Of a stretch of 64,000 bases of DNA, positions 47,077-61,780 are shown piece by piece. The stretch's first letter is position 1, and each line of letters opens with the position of its first letter. The notes under the pieces were generated by a model, which worked only from the letters and a program-made list of their open reading frames with translations, searched no databases and was not told the DNA's origin. A program made the translations under genes and the position numbers. Source of the stretch: Leptogorgia sarmentosa (Eukaryota); NCBI GenBank assembly GCA_964658305.1, contig OZ210885.1, positions 11,904,001-11,968,000 on the forward strand. The letters are read 5' to 3'.

Positions 47077-49304
47077 CTAACCCCAACCCTAACCACTTCA
47101 AACCTTAATCCTTATGTACACCTTTGACCTAAACCCAACCCAATCCTTAACCTGACCATGACCACTTGAATCCCTAATCCTTATGTACACCTTTGACCTA
47201 AACCCAACCCAATCCTTAACCTGACCCTAACCACTTCAATCCCTATTCCTTATCTACATATTTGACCTAAACCCAACCCAACCCTTAACCTGACCCTAAC
47301 CACTTCAAACCTTAATCCTTATGTACACCTTTGACCTAAACCCAACCCAATCCTTAACCTGACCATAACCACTTCAATCCCTAATCCTTATGTACACCTT
47401 TGACCTAAACCCAACCCAACCCTTAACCTGACCCTAACCACTTCAATCCCTAATCCTGAAATACACCCTTGACCTCAACCCCACCCAATCCTTAACCTGA
47501 CCCTAACCACTTCAATCCCTAATCCTTAAATACATCCTTGACCTCAACCCCACTGAATCCTTAACCTGACCCTAACCACTTCAATCGTTATGTACACCTT
47601 TGACCTAAACCCAACCCAATCCTCAACCTGACCCTAACCACTTCAATCCCTAATCCTTGAATACACCACTTCAATCCCTAATCCTTAAATACACCCTTGA
47701 TCTAAACCCCACCCAATCCTTAATGTGACCCTAACCACTTCAATCCCTAATCCTTAAATACACCACTTCAATCCCTAATCCTTAAATATACCTTTGACCT
47801 AAACCCCACCCAATCCTTAACCTGACCCTAACCACTTCAATCCTTATGTACATAATTGACCTAAACCCCACCCAATCCTTAACCTGACCCTAACCAATCA
47901 AACCCTAATCCTTAAATACACCACTTCAATCCCTAATCCTTAAATACACCCTTGATCTAAACCCCACCCAATCCTTAACCTGACCCTAACCACTTCAATC
48001 CCTAATCCTTATGTACACCTTCGACCTAAACCCCACCCAATCCTTAACCTGACCCTAACCAATCAATCCCTAATCCTTATGTGCACTTTGACCCAAACCC
48101 AACCCAATCCTTAACCTGACCATAACAAATCCAATCCTTATGTACACATTTAACCAAAACCCAACCCAATCCTTAACCTGACCCTAACCACTTCAATCCC
48201 TAATCCTTATGTACACCCTTGACCTAAACCCCACCCAATCCTTAACCTGACCCTAACCAATCTGACCCTAATCATTATGTACACCCTTGACCTAAACCCA
48301 ACCCAATCCTTAACCTGACCCTAACCAATTCAAACCCTAATCCTTAAATACACCCTTGACCTAAACCCCATCGAATCCTTAACCTGACCCTAACCACTTC
48401 AAACCCTAATCCTTAAATACACCCTTGACCTAAACCCCACCGAATCCTCAACCTGACCCTAACCACTTCAAACCCTAATCCTTAAATACACCCTTGACCT
48501 AGACCCCACCGAATCCTTAACCTGACCCTAACCACTTCAACCCTTATGTACACCTTCGACCTAAACCCAACCCAATCCTCAACCTGACCCTAAGCACTTC
48601 AATCCCTAATCCTTAAATACACCACTTCAATCCCTAATCCTTAAATATACCTTTGACGTAAACCCAACCCAATCCTTAACCTGACCCTAACCACTTCAAT
48701 CCCTAATCCTAAAATACACCCTTGACCTAGACCCCACCCAATCCTTAACCTGACCCAACCACTTCAATCCCTAATCCTTAAATACACCTTTGACCTAAAC
48801 CCACCCAATCCTTAACCTGACCCTAACCACTTCAAACCCTAATCCTTAAATACACCTTTGACCTAAACCCACCCAATCCTTAACCTGACCCCAACCACTT
48901 CAAACCCTAATCCTTAAATACACCTTTGACCTAAACCCAACCCAATCCTTAACCTGACCCTAACCACTTGAATCCTTATGTACACCTTTGACCTAAACCC
49001 AACCCAATCCTTAACCTGACCCTAACCACTTCAATCCCTAATCCTTATGTACACCCTTGACCTAAACCCAACCCAATCCTTAACCTGACCCTAACCACTT
49101 CAATCCCTAATCCAAAAATACACCCTTGACCTAAACCCCACCCAATCCTTAACCTGACCCCAACCACTTCAAACCCTAATCCTTAAATACACCCTTGACC
49201 TAAACCCACCCAATCCTTAACCTGACCCTAGCCACTTCAATCCATAATCCTTAGGTACACCTTCGAGCTAAACCCAACCCAACCCTTTACCTGACCCAAA
49301 CCAA
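47077..49304 (+). repeat. Telomere-like ~69-bp satellite, block 2
   Basis: Same monomer, ~2.23 kb. Confidence 0.95.
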
Positions 49305-50309
49305 TTCTGGCATGGAAGTCAACCCCAGGCTCTTAGAACCTATTCCCCGGCACGTCTCCCATGGCAACGTTTACGAACTTGGATACGTCTCCATGGCAAC
49401 GTCCCCGGTTTTTATAATTCTCTCCGTCAAAAAAATTTTGTACGCAGAGTACAGTCATTGGCTGCCTTCGTAAGTTATCCATTTCTCACCTTAATATGTA
49501 ATCCATGCCATTCCACTTCACCCAAACGCATTCACAAAAACTCACTCACCATCTCCAACGGAATTTACTCATCTTCACAACTCGCAAAGACGAAAAAGTG
49601 AACCTGTTTTTTCGCGCCATTCAAAATTCAGTGTGAAACAAAACTTACATGCGAGCACGTCGTTCCAAGACCTGCTAGCAGGTTAGAAACGTGCTTTCCC
49701 AGTTATGCTTGGAGCCTGATGAAAACATAACTAATAGTTTTAAACGTAAAACTAACAGGGACTAGGCCTGAGTGGCTCTACATTGGCAATCACTCTGGCC
49801 TTGGCATTCACACACAACACAAATGCACCCGGGTTTTGCCTACCTCATCCAGCAACCTCAACCACTACAACATCATGTCATTACTGATCATTCACTCATC
49901 TAATTTAATATTAATTCACTAACACTTCGTTCATCTAATCAAATCTCTTTTGGTTACAATATGATATGTTATAATATAATTACAAATCATTTGTGTCACC
50001 CAAAATCACTCCCTTAACAAAGGAACAGCCATTCAAACGTTTGTCCAGGATCCGAATACCTGTATCTAGACCCATTTTCTATTTCAAGCCGCCATAGACA
50101 TGTTTATACACCCACAGGGAAAGGATAAGCATCATGAGATCTCCTGGTACAAAACAAATGGCTCTTTGGGTCACCAGTCATATCACATCTGTAAAACAAA
50201 CAAAATAACACAGATTAATTATCATCACACCATTCACACCCTTCATTCATATTTATCAAGCCTATAAAGCTTAAGCAACACTTTAGCTATTTTAACGCCA
50301 TCCCAAGAC

Positions 50310-51404
50310 ATGGAGTCTGAAAGAGACATTTCAATGGAGGTAGACCAGACCTACATAGGAGATCGAACCCTGGCCGCTCTGATTCCACCTATGAGCGACC
50401 AGGAGTTTGATCGACTCATCTCCAAGGAACCCATAGAGGAAGTACCTAGCCCCCCAGCGTCCGACACCCAACCCCAACCTTCCTCTCCCTTAACCCCCTT
50501 CACCTTAAACCTCCCCCCCAGTCCCCCCACACCCCAGCTAACCACCACCACCGATACCCACCCCCACACAAGCACATCCAACACTGACCCTACCCACCTA
50601 ATACCTCAAACCACCACAGCACCTCCACCCACCACCACATCCACCTCCAACACCACCCAAACCCACACAACACCCCAACCCACCATCACATCCACCCATT
50701 CCACACCACCAACCACCTCCACCACATCCACATCAACCATTCACTCCACCACAACCACGTTCAACCAACTGGTTGAACTCCACCGAACCAAAACCCACCA
50801 CACCCGACAAATCACCATCCTCAACAAGCATCTCCAAAATCACACAGCACCCAAAGGTCTCACCATCGACATGCAGCCCTGGGTCCAATTGTCTCAAACG
50901 CACAAGGAGGCGTGGGACGATGGCCTCAGGAACTGCATGTCCCATCTAACCAACATCCTCCATCAACACCACACCCAACAACTGGAGAATGTAGAGCAAC
51001 GCATCTCTACACTCTCCTCATCCATCGACAAGCACGTCCCAAAGGAAGTGTCCTCAACCATCCTCGACATCGCCACCCGCAAACCACCAAAACGCAAACC
51101 AAAACCACCATCCCACCAACCACGTAAACGCTTCAAACCACCCGCTACCACAACGGATTTTCGGAAATGGCCACCACGTCCTCCACATCGCCACAACCCA
51201 TCACCACCTCACCGTCACCGCCAACCATCAAACCAACCCCACCTACCACCACCAACCACAAACCAACACCCGCCACCACGAACCACACCACAACACCTGA
51301 CACCGGTGCCGAACGTGACACCGGAGTCAATCCGCCAACGCCTGGTGGGGAAGCAAAAACAGTTCTCCACCATCTTCAACATGTTCATGAAAGGAGGGCA
51401 ATAA
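50310..51404 (+). CDS. PLE ORF1, copy 2
   Basis: Translation identical to 42958-44052. Confidence 0.75.
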   Translation: MESERDISMEVDQTYIGDRTLAALIPPMSDQEFDRLISKEPIEEVPSPPASDTQPQPSSPLTPFTLNLPPSPPTPQLTTTTDTHPHTSTSNTDPTHLIPQTTTAPPPTTTSTSNTTQTHTTPQPTITSTHSTPPTTSTTSTSTIHSTTTTFNQLVELHRTKTHHTRQITILNKHLQNHTAPKGLTIDMQPWVQLSQTHKEAWDDGLRNCMSHLTNILHQHHTQQLENVEQRISTLSSSIDKHVPKEVSSTILDIATRKPPKRKPKPPSHQPRKRFKPPATTTDFRKWPPRPPHRHNPSPPHRHRQPSNQPHLPPPTTNQHPPPRTTPQHLTPVPNVTPESIRQRLVGKQKQFSTIFNMFMKGGQ

Positions 51405-53255
51405 AGTCCTTCTTTCATGAACACGCCCGAAGGAAAGCCAGCGTTAAAAATCACGATAAAAAACACTATCGACAACAAATTGTGAATCACACCAACAATA
51501 ACCTCAATGTCAACCTCACCCATCATAAATTAGAAGCACCACTCCAATCCATGCTCTCCAAGGGCCTCAGATTCGTACCAACACCAGGCAATACTCGTCT
51601 GAAAACCATTGTTAATTCATTCAAACAATTCAGACGTTCCATGTACATACATTACCATTTCAGGAACTCATCCAATGACCATCCAAATCCATTTAAAACC
51701 ACTAGCACGTGGGAACCACCTCTGCCAGACAATCCAAATCTAATTTCATACATTTGTTCTGTTGCAGAATCCATCAATCAGACCTTCAAACATAACCATC
51801 AAGACCACATCATCTCCAATCTAAACCAAGAGGAAATTAATCTTCTCAACACATATAATATTCATAATCAAAAATATGTCATTAAACCAGCAGACAAAGG
51901 AGGTGCCATTGTCATATGGTCCTCAGTCGACTATGAGAAAGAAGCACTCTCTCAACTTAATGACAACAAATACTATGAATATATACCAACCACACCCACT
52001 ACAGTCATCTCCAAACAAACCCACAAAATCACTCAGTATGTCAGAAATCTCTACAAATGTGGAGACATTGACTACAAAACACTACAACATCTGCTACCAC
52101 CTTCACCACCACGTACACCAATATTTTACCTCCTACCCAAAATTCACAAACCTGGAAATCCAGGAAGACCAATCATATCAGGGTGTGATTCACCAACGGA
52201 CAGGCTTTCCTCATTCATCGATATCCACATCAAACCATTTTGTGCTTCATTACCATCCTACATCAAAGACACAAATCATTTTTTACAAACCATTTTCAAC
52301 CTTGACACACCATTACCACCCAACACCATCCTTGCCACCATTGATGTCAAGTCCTTATACACCAACGTCCCTCACAACGAAGGGATCCAAGCTGTCCTGG
52401 AAACACTGGACACAAAACATGGACGTATGTGGCCACTCCGTAATGTCATACACCAATTCCTTGAATACATACTCAAGGAAAACTATTTCACATTCAAGGA
52501 TAAACTGTACCTCCAAAAACATGGCACAGCGATGGGCACCAAAATGGCTCCCTCCTTTGCCAACATATTCATGGGGGCACTTGAACAATCCATACTTTCA
52601 TCGACACCAAACCAACTTGTTCCTCTCCTGTGGAAGAGATTCATAGATGATATATTTCTAGTTTGGACACATGGTGAGGAATCATTCAATTCATTCATTC
52701 AACATCTCAATTCATTTCACTCCACCATAAAATTCGAAGTCACACACTCCACCGAGAGTGTAAATCTACATCACACCACAACACACACTCCAAACCACCC
52801 TCTATATCAAACCAACCGACCGTATGCCACTTCTACATAACACTTCACACCATCCGGACACCTGTAAAAAAAGCTTAATATACAGTCAAATGCTGCGATA
52901 CAGGAGGATAATCACTGACGACAATGAGTTTCAACGAAAAGCTCAAAACTTGAGAGTAGCACTCATTGGAAGAGGTTACAAAAACAAAGATATCCTACCT
53001 CACATTGACAGGGCATCCACATACACACAATCACAATTACTTTCCAGCAGCTCATCCACAGACCATGCACGCACCATACCATTTGTCATACCATATCATC
53101 CAGAATTATCACCATTGCCTCACATCCTCAAACAACACTGGCAATACATTGAAAATGATCCTGTCTTATCACAGATATGGCCAAACCAACCGGTTATGGC
53201 TTATCAAAGACACAAGAACCTCAAAGAACACTTTGTCCGCACCAAATTCACCTAA
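51167..53255 (+). pseudogene. Penelope-like RT, copy 2, same frameshift
   Basis: Translation identical to copy 1. Confidence 0.9.
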
Positions 53256-54428
53256 CACACACACCACATACCACAGCGAAAGATATGACCCCATACCACA
53301 CCACCACAAGCCACCAACACCGAACACCACCAGCGTGCAGACACCGAACAAAGATTCAAAATACCCAGAAGCCGTCACAACTCCAGCTTATGACAGATAC
53401 TTACCAAAACATACTATGAAACCCAGATATCGGGCGGCAGGAACACCTCCACACAAACAACCCTAAGGCTGAAGACACATTCATTAAACAATATCATGGA
53501 TTTGATAAAGACCCTCAGACCTCCTATTAACAACTCCATGGCCAAAACCATCCTTGCAACATCAACATGGACACCGTATATAAACTCATTAATGCATACA
53601 TAATGGAACTTATATTCCACAGGCCCTCACACTGTATATGGCCTGTCGGGTTTCACCTGACTACCAGTCACCTCCTTTGTTTATGCTCAGTCGTGGCATG
53701 AACCCAGCGATCAGTAAATATATAATACTCTCAGGTCTATATCGACCCAATGTAACAGAAAAACATAATAGACTAAACAAACAACTACTAGATCAATATA
53801 ATAAAACAACAAATGATTCTCACCCTTTGTTGAACATCACTCAAAATCACTTCCATCCAACAACCTCACATTCATCCACACACCACAAAATCGATCGATT
53901 CATCATCACACCAATTCAATATTCTCATCGCCACATCGTATTAATTAGAATTCCAACACTCCATCACATGTCGCAAAAAATCATCACACAATTATCCACC
54001 GCCATCCATCATCACCATCACTATCCACCAGGTTATATACGTTAATCCATCGCCATCCTCCATCATCACATCAGCCTCCACTTACCTAACCCTCTTTCCT
54101 CTTCTCCCAACATATCGAGACGTTCCAAGTGGAAACACCACACGACAAAACGGAACCTAACCATCAACGGCAATCGATTGCATATTCAAATCCAATCACA
54201 CCCTACCCATATCCTAATCTTGACTCCAACCGACTCATTCACAAATACGGGACAAACCTTGAAGCCAAATCCAATCCAAATTTTCCCCATGATCCTTGGA
54301 CCAACATCATGTCTGCTTCCACTTCCCCAACTCCACCTTCCCTCTCCTCTTTTCCCTCCACATCTTATCCCAACAGGAAGCACCAGTCTTTACAAAATAC
54401 AACTAGTCCCAACTACCGAAAACAAAGT

Positions 54429-56656
54429 CTAACCCCAACCCTAACCACTTCAAACCTTAATCCTTATGTACACCTTTGACCTAAACCCAACCCAATCCTT
54501 AACCTGACCATGACCACTTGAATCCCTAATCCTTATGTACACCTTTGACCTAAACCCAACCCAATCCTTAACCTGACCCTAACCACTTCAATCCCTATTC
54601 CTTATCTACATATTTGACCTAAACCCAACCCAACCCTTAACCTGACCCTAACCACTTCAAACCTTAATCCTTATGTACACCTTTGACCTAAACCCAACCC
54701 AATCCTTAACCTGACCATAACCACTTCAATCCCTAATCCTTATGTACACCTTTGACCTAAACCCAACCCAACCCTTAACCTGACCCTAACCACTTCAATC
54801 CCTAATCCTGAAATACACCCTTGACCTCAACCCCACCCAATCCTTAACCTGACCCTAACCACTTCAATCCCTAATCCTTAAATACATCCTTGACCTCAAC
54901 CCCACTGAATCCTTAACCTGACCCTAACCACTTCAATCGTTATGTACACCTTTGACCTAAACCCAACCCAATCCTCAACCTGACCCTAACCACTTCAATC
55001 CCTAATCCTTGAATACACCACTTCAATCCCTAATCCTTAAATACACCCTTGATCTAAACCCCACCCAATCCTTAATGTGACCCTAACCACTTCAATCCCT
55101 AATCCTTAAATACACCACTTCAATCCCTAATCCTTAAATATACCTTTGACCTAAACCCCACCCAATCCTTAACCTGACCCTAACCACTTCAATCCTTATG
55201 TACATAATTGACCTAAACCCCACCCAATCCTTAACCTGACCCTAACCAATCAAACCCTAATCCTTAAATACACCACTTCAATCCCTAATCCTTAAATACA
55301 CCCTTGATCTAAACCCCACCCAATCCTTAACCTGACCCTAACCACTTCAATCCCTAATCCTTATGTACACCTTCGACCTAAACCCCACCCAATCCTTAAC
55401 CTGACCCTAACCAATCAATCCCTAATCCTTATGTGCACTTTGACCCAAACCCAACCCAATCCTTAACCTGACCATAACAAATCCAATCCTTATGTACACA
55501 TTTAACCAAAACCCAACCCAATCCTTAACCTGACCCTAACCACTTCAATCCCTAATCCTTATGTACACCCTTGACCTAAACCCCACCCAATCCTTAACCT
55601 GACCCTAACCAATCTGACCCTAATCATTATGTACACCCTTGACCTAAACCCAACCCAATCCTTAACCTGACCCTAACCAATTCAAACCCTAATCCTTAAA
55701 TACACCCTTGACCTAAACCCCATCGAATCCTTAACCTGACCCTAACCACTTCAAACCCTAATCCTTAAATACACCCTTGACCTAAACCCCACCGAATCCT
55801 CAACCTGACCCTAACCACTTCAAACCCTAATCCTTAAATACACCCTTGACCTAGACCCCACCGAATCCTTAACCTGACCCTAACCACTTCAACCCTTATG
55901 TACACCTTCGACCTAAACCCAACCCAATCCTCAACCTGACCCTAAGCACTTCAATCCCTAATCCTTAAATACACCACTTCAATCCCTAATCCTTAAATAT
56001 ACCTTTGACGTAAACCCAACCCAATCCTTAACCTGACCCTAACCACTTCAATCCCTAATCCTAAAATACACCCTTGACCTAGACCCCACCCAATCCTTAA
56101 CCTGACCCAACCACTTCAATCCCTAATCCTTAAATACACCTTTGACCTAAACCCACCCAATCCTTAACCTGACCCTAACCACTTCAAACCCTAATCCTTA
56201 AATACACCTTTGACCTAAACCCACCCAATCCTTAACCTGACCCCAACCACTTCAAACCCTAATCCTTAAATACACCTTTGACCTAAACCCAACCCAATCC
56301 TTAACCTGACCCTAACCACTTGAATCCTTATGTACACCTTTGACCTAAACCCAACCCAATCCTTAACCTGACCCTAACCACTTCAATCCCTAATCCTTAT
56401 GTACACCCTTGACCTAAACCCAACCCAATCCTTAACCTGACCCTAACCACTTCAATCCCTAATCCAAAAATACACCCTTGACCTAAACCCCACCCAATCC
56501 TTAACCTGACCCCAACCACTTCAAACCCTAATCCTTAAATACACCCTTGACCTAAACCCACCCAATCCTTAACCTGACCCTAGCCACTTCAATCCATAAT
56601 CCTTAGGTACACCTTCGAGCTAAACCCAACCCAACCCTTTACCTGACCCAAACCAA
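54429..56656 (+). repeat. Telomere-like ~69-bp satellite, block 3
   Basis: Same length as block 2 and apparently the same order of variants. Confidence 0.95.
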
Positions 56657-57661
56657 TTCTGGCATGGAAGTCAACCCCAGGCTCTTAGAACCTATTCCCC
56701 GGCACGTCTCCCATGGCAACGTTTACGAACTTGGATACGTCTCCATGGCAACGTCCCCGGTTTTTATAATTCTCTCCGTCAAAAAAATTTTGTACGCAGA
56801 GTACAGTCATTGGCTGCCTTCGTAAGTTATCCATTTCTCACCTTAATATGTAATCCATGCCATTCCACTTCACCCAAACGCATTCACAAAAACTCACTCA
56901 CCATCTCCAACGGAATTTACTCATCTTCACAACTCGCAAAGACGAAAAAGTGAACCTGTTTTTTCGCGCCATTCAAAATTCAGTGTGAAACAAAACTTAC
57001 ATGCGAGCACGTCGTTCCAAGACCTGCTAGCAGGTTAGAAACGTGCTTTCCCAGTTATGCTTGGAGCCTGATGAAAACATAACTAATAGTTTTAAACGTA
57101 AAACTAACAGGGACTAGGCCTGAGTGGCTCTACATTGGCAATCACTCTGGCCTTGGCATTCACACACAACACAAATGCACCCGGGTTTTGCCTACCTCAT
57201 CCAGCAACCTCAACCACTACAACATCATGTCATTACTGATCATTCACTCATCTAATTTAATATTAATTCACTAACACTTCGTTCATCTAATCAAATCTCT
57301 TTTGGTTACAATATGATATGTTATAATATAATTACAAATCATTTGTGTCACCCAAAATCACTCCCTTAACAAAGGAACAGCCATTCAAACGTTTGTCCAG
57401 GATCCGAATACCTGTATCTAGACCCATTTTCTATTTCAAGCCGCCATAGACATGTTTATACACCCACAGGGAAAGGATAAGCATCATGAGATCTCCTGGT
57501 ACAAAACAAATGGCTCTTTGGGTCACCAGTCATATCACATCTGTAAAACAAACAAAATAACACAGATTAATTATCATCACACCATTCACACCCTTCATTC
57601 ATATTTATCAAGCCTATAAAGCTTAAGCAACACTTTAGCTATTTTAACGCCATCCCAAGAC

Positions 57662-58756
57662 ATGGAGTCTGAAAGAGACATTTCAATGGAGGTAGACCAG
57701 ACCTACATAGGAGATCGAACCCTGGCCGCTCTGATTCCACCTATGAGCGACCAGGAGTTTGATCGACTCATCTCCAAGGAACCCATAGAGGAAGTACCTA
57801 GCCCCCCAGCGTCCGACACCCAACCCCAACCTTCCTCTCCCTTAACCCCCTTCACCTTAAACCTCCCCCCCAGTCCCCCCACACCCCAGCTAACCACCAC
57901 CACCGATACCCACCCCCACACAAGCACATCCAACACTGACCCTACCCACCTAATACCTCAAACCACCACAGCACCTCCACCCACCACCACATCCACCTCC
58001 AACACCACCCAAACCCACACAACACCCCAACCCACCATCACATCCACCCATTCCACACCACCAACCACCTCCACCACATCCACATCAACCATTCACTCCA
58101 CCACAACCACGTTCAACCAACTGGTTGAACTCCACCGAACCAAAACCCACCACACCCGACAAATCACCATCCTCAACAAGCATCTCCAAAATCACACAGC
58201 ACCCAAAGGTCTCACCATCGACATGCAGCCCTGGGTCCAATTGTCTCAAACGCACAAGGAGGCGTGGGACGATGGCCTCAGGAACTGCATGTCCCATCTA
58301 ACCAACATCCTCCATCAACACCACACCCAACAACTGGAGAATGTAGAGCAACGCATCTCTACACTCTCCTCATCCATCGACAAGCACGTCCCAAAGGAAG
58401 TGTCCTCAACCATCCTCGACATCGCCACCCGCAAACCACCAAAACGCAAACCAAAACCACCATCCCACCAACCACGTAAACGCTTCAAACCACCCGCTAC
58501 CACAACGGATTTTCGGAAATGGCCACCACGTCCTCCACATCGCCACAACCCATCACCACCTCACCGTCACCGCCAACCATCAAACCAACCCCACCTACCA
58601 CCACCAACCACAAACCAACACCCGCCACCACGAACCACACCACAACACCTGACACCGGTGCCGAACGTGACACCGGAGTCAATCCGCCAACGCCTGGTGG
58701 GGAAGCAAAAACAGTTCTCCACCATCTTCAACATGTTCATGAAAGGAGGGCAATAA
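57662..58756 (+). CDS. PLE ORF1, copy 3
   Basis: Translation identical to 42958-44052. Confidence 0.75.
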   Translation: MESERDISMEVDQTYIGDRTLAALIPPMSDQEFDRLISKEPIEEVPSPPASDTQPQPSSPLTPFTLNLPPSPPTPQLTTTTDTHPHTSTSNTDPTHLIPQTTTAPPPTTTSTSNTTQTHTTPQPTITSTHSTPPTTSTTSTSTIHSTTTTFNQLVELHRTKTHHTRQITILNKHLQNHTAPKGLTIDMQPWVQLSQTHKEAWDDGLRNCMSHLTNILHQHHTQQLENVEQRISTLSSSIDKHVPKEVSSTILDIATRKPPKRKPKPPSHQPRKRFKPPATTTDFRKWPPRPPHRHNPSPPHRHRQPSNQPHLPPPTTNQHPPPRTTPQHLTPVPNVTPESIRQRLVGKQKQFSTIFNMFMKGGQ

Positions 58757-60607
58757 AGTCCTTCTTTCATGAACACGCCCGAAGGAAAGCCAGCGTTAAA
58801 AATCACGATAAAAAACACTATCGACAACAAATTGTGAATCACACCAACAATAACCTCAATGTCAACCTCACCCATCATAAATTAGAAGCACCACTCCAAT
58901 CCATGCTCTCCAAGGGCCTCAGATTCGTACCAACACCAGGCAATACTCGTCTGAAAACCATTGTTAATTCATTCAAACAATTCAGACGTTCCATGTACAT
59001 ACATTACCATTTCAGGAACTCATCCAATGACCATCCAAATCCATTTAAAACCACTAGCACGTGGGAACCACCTCTGCCAGACAATCCAAATCTAATTTCA
59101 TACATTTGTTCTGTTGCAGAATCCATCAATCAGACCTTCAAACATAACCATCAAGACCACATCATCTCCAATCTAAACCAAGAGGAAATTAATCTTCTCA
59201 ACACATATAATATTCATAATCAAAAATATGTCATTAAACCAGCAGACAAAGGAGGTGCCATTGTCATATGGTCCTCAGTCGACTATGAGAAAGAAGCACT
59301 CTCTCAACTTAATGACAACAAATACTATGAATATATACCAACCACACCCACTACAGTCATCTCCAAACAAACCCACAAAATCACTCAGTATGTCAGAAAT
59401 CTCTACAAATGTGGAGACATTGACTACAAAACACTACAACATCTGCTACCACCTTCACCACCACGTACACCAATATTTTACCTCCTACCCAAAATTCACA
59501 AACCTGGAAATCCAGGAAGACCAATCATATCAGGGTGTGATTCACCAACGGACAGGCTTTCCTCATTCATCGATATCCACATCAAACCATTTTGTGCTTC
59601 ATTACCATCCTACATCAAAGACACAAATCATTTTTTACAAACCATTTTCAACCTTGACACACCATTACCACCCAACACCATCCTTGCCACCATTGATGTC
59701 AAGTCCTTATACACCAACGTCCCTCACAACGAAGGGATCCAAGCTGTCCTGGAAACACTGGACACAAAACATGGACGTATGTGGCCACTCCGTAATGTCA
59801 TACACCAATTCCTTGAATACATACTCAAGGAAAACTATTTCACATTCAAGGATAAACTGTACCTCCAAAAACATGGCACAGCGATGGGCACCAAAATGGC
59901 TCCCTCCTTTGCCAACATATTCATGGGGGCACTTGAACAATCCATACTTTCATCGACACCAAACCAACTTGTTCCTCTCCTGTGGAAGAGATTCATAGAT
60001 GATATATTTCTAGTTTGGACACATGGTGAGGAATCATTCAATTCATTCATTCAACATCTCAATTCATTTCACTCCACCATAAAATTCGAAGTCACACACT
60101 CCACCGAGAGTGTAAATCTACATCACACCACAACACACACTCCAAACCACCCTCTATATCAAACCAACCGACCGTATGCCACTTCTACATAACACTTCAC
60201 ACCATCCGGACACCTGTAAAAAAAGCTTAATATACAGTCAAATGCTGCGATACAGGAGGATAATCACTGACGACAATGAGTTTCAACGAAAAGCTCAAAA
60301 CTTGAGAGTAGCACTCATTGGAAGAGGTTACAAAAACAAAGATATCCTACCTCACATTGACAGGGCATCCACATACACACAATCACAATTACTTTCCAGC
60401 AGCTCATCCACAGACCATGCACGCACCATACCATTTGTCATACCATATCATCCAGAATTATCACCATTGCCTCACATCCTCAAACAACACTGGCAATACA
60501 TTGAAAATGATCCTGTCTTATCACAGATATGGCCAAACCAACCGGTTATGGCTTATCAAAGACACAAGAACCTCAAAGAACACTTTGTCCGCACCAAATT
60601 CACCTAA
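58519..60607 (+). pseudogene. Penelope-like RT, copy 3, same frameshift
   Basis: Translation identical to copy 1. Confidence 0.9.
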
Positions 60608-61780
60608 CACACACACCACATACCACAGCGAAAGATATGACCCCATACCACACCACCACAAGCCACCAACACCGAACACCACCAGCGTGCAGACACCGAA
60701 CAAAGATTCAAAATACCCAGAAGCCGTCACAACTCCAGCTTATGACAGATACTTACCAAAACATACTATGAAACCCAGATATCGGGCGGCAGGAACACCT
60801 CCACACAAACAACCCTAAGGCTGAAGACACATTCATTAAACAATATCATGGATTTGATAAAGACCCTCAGACCTCCTATTAACAACTCCATGGCCAAAAC
60901 CATCCTTGCAACATCAACATGGACACCGTATATAAACTCATTAATGCATACATAATGGAACTTATATTCCACAGGCCCTCACACTGTATATGGCCTGTCG
61001 GGTTTCACCTGACTACCAGTCACCTCCTTTGTTTATGCTCAGTCGTGGCATGAACCCAGCGATCAGTAAATATATAATACTCTCAGGTCTATATCGACCC
61101 AATGTAACAGAAAAACATAATAGACTAAACAAACAACTACTAGATCAATATAATAAAACAACAAATGATTCTCACCCTTTGTTGAACATCACTCAAAATC
61201 ACTTCCATCCAACAACCTCACATTCATCCACACACCACAAAATCGATCGATTCATCATCACACCAATTCAATATTCTCATCGCCACATCGTATTAATTAG
61301 AATTCCAACACTCCATCACATGTCGCAAAAAATCATCACACAATTATCCACCGCCATCCATCATCACCATCACTATCCACCAGGTTATATACGTTAATCC
61401 ATCGCCATCCTCCATCATCACATCAGCCTCCACTTACCTAACCCTCTTTCCTCTTCTCCCAACATATCGAGACGTTCCAAGTGGAAACACCACACGACAA
61501 AACGGAACCTAACCATCAACGGCAATCGATTGCATATTCAAATCCAATCACACCCTACCCATATCCTAATCTTGACTCCAACCGACTCATTCACAAATAC
61601 GGGACAAACCTTGAAGCCAAATCCAATCCAAATTTTCCCCATGATCCTTGGACCAACATCATGTCTGCTTCCACTTCCCCAACTCCACCTTCCCTCTCCT
61701 CTTTTCCCTCCACATCTTATCCCAACAGGAAGCACCAGTCTTTACAAAATACAACTAGTCCCAACTACCGAAAACAAAGT

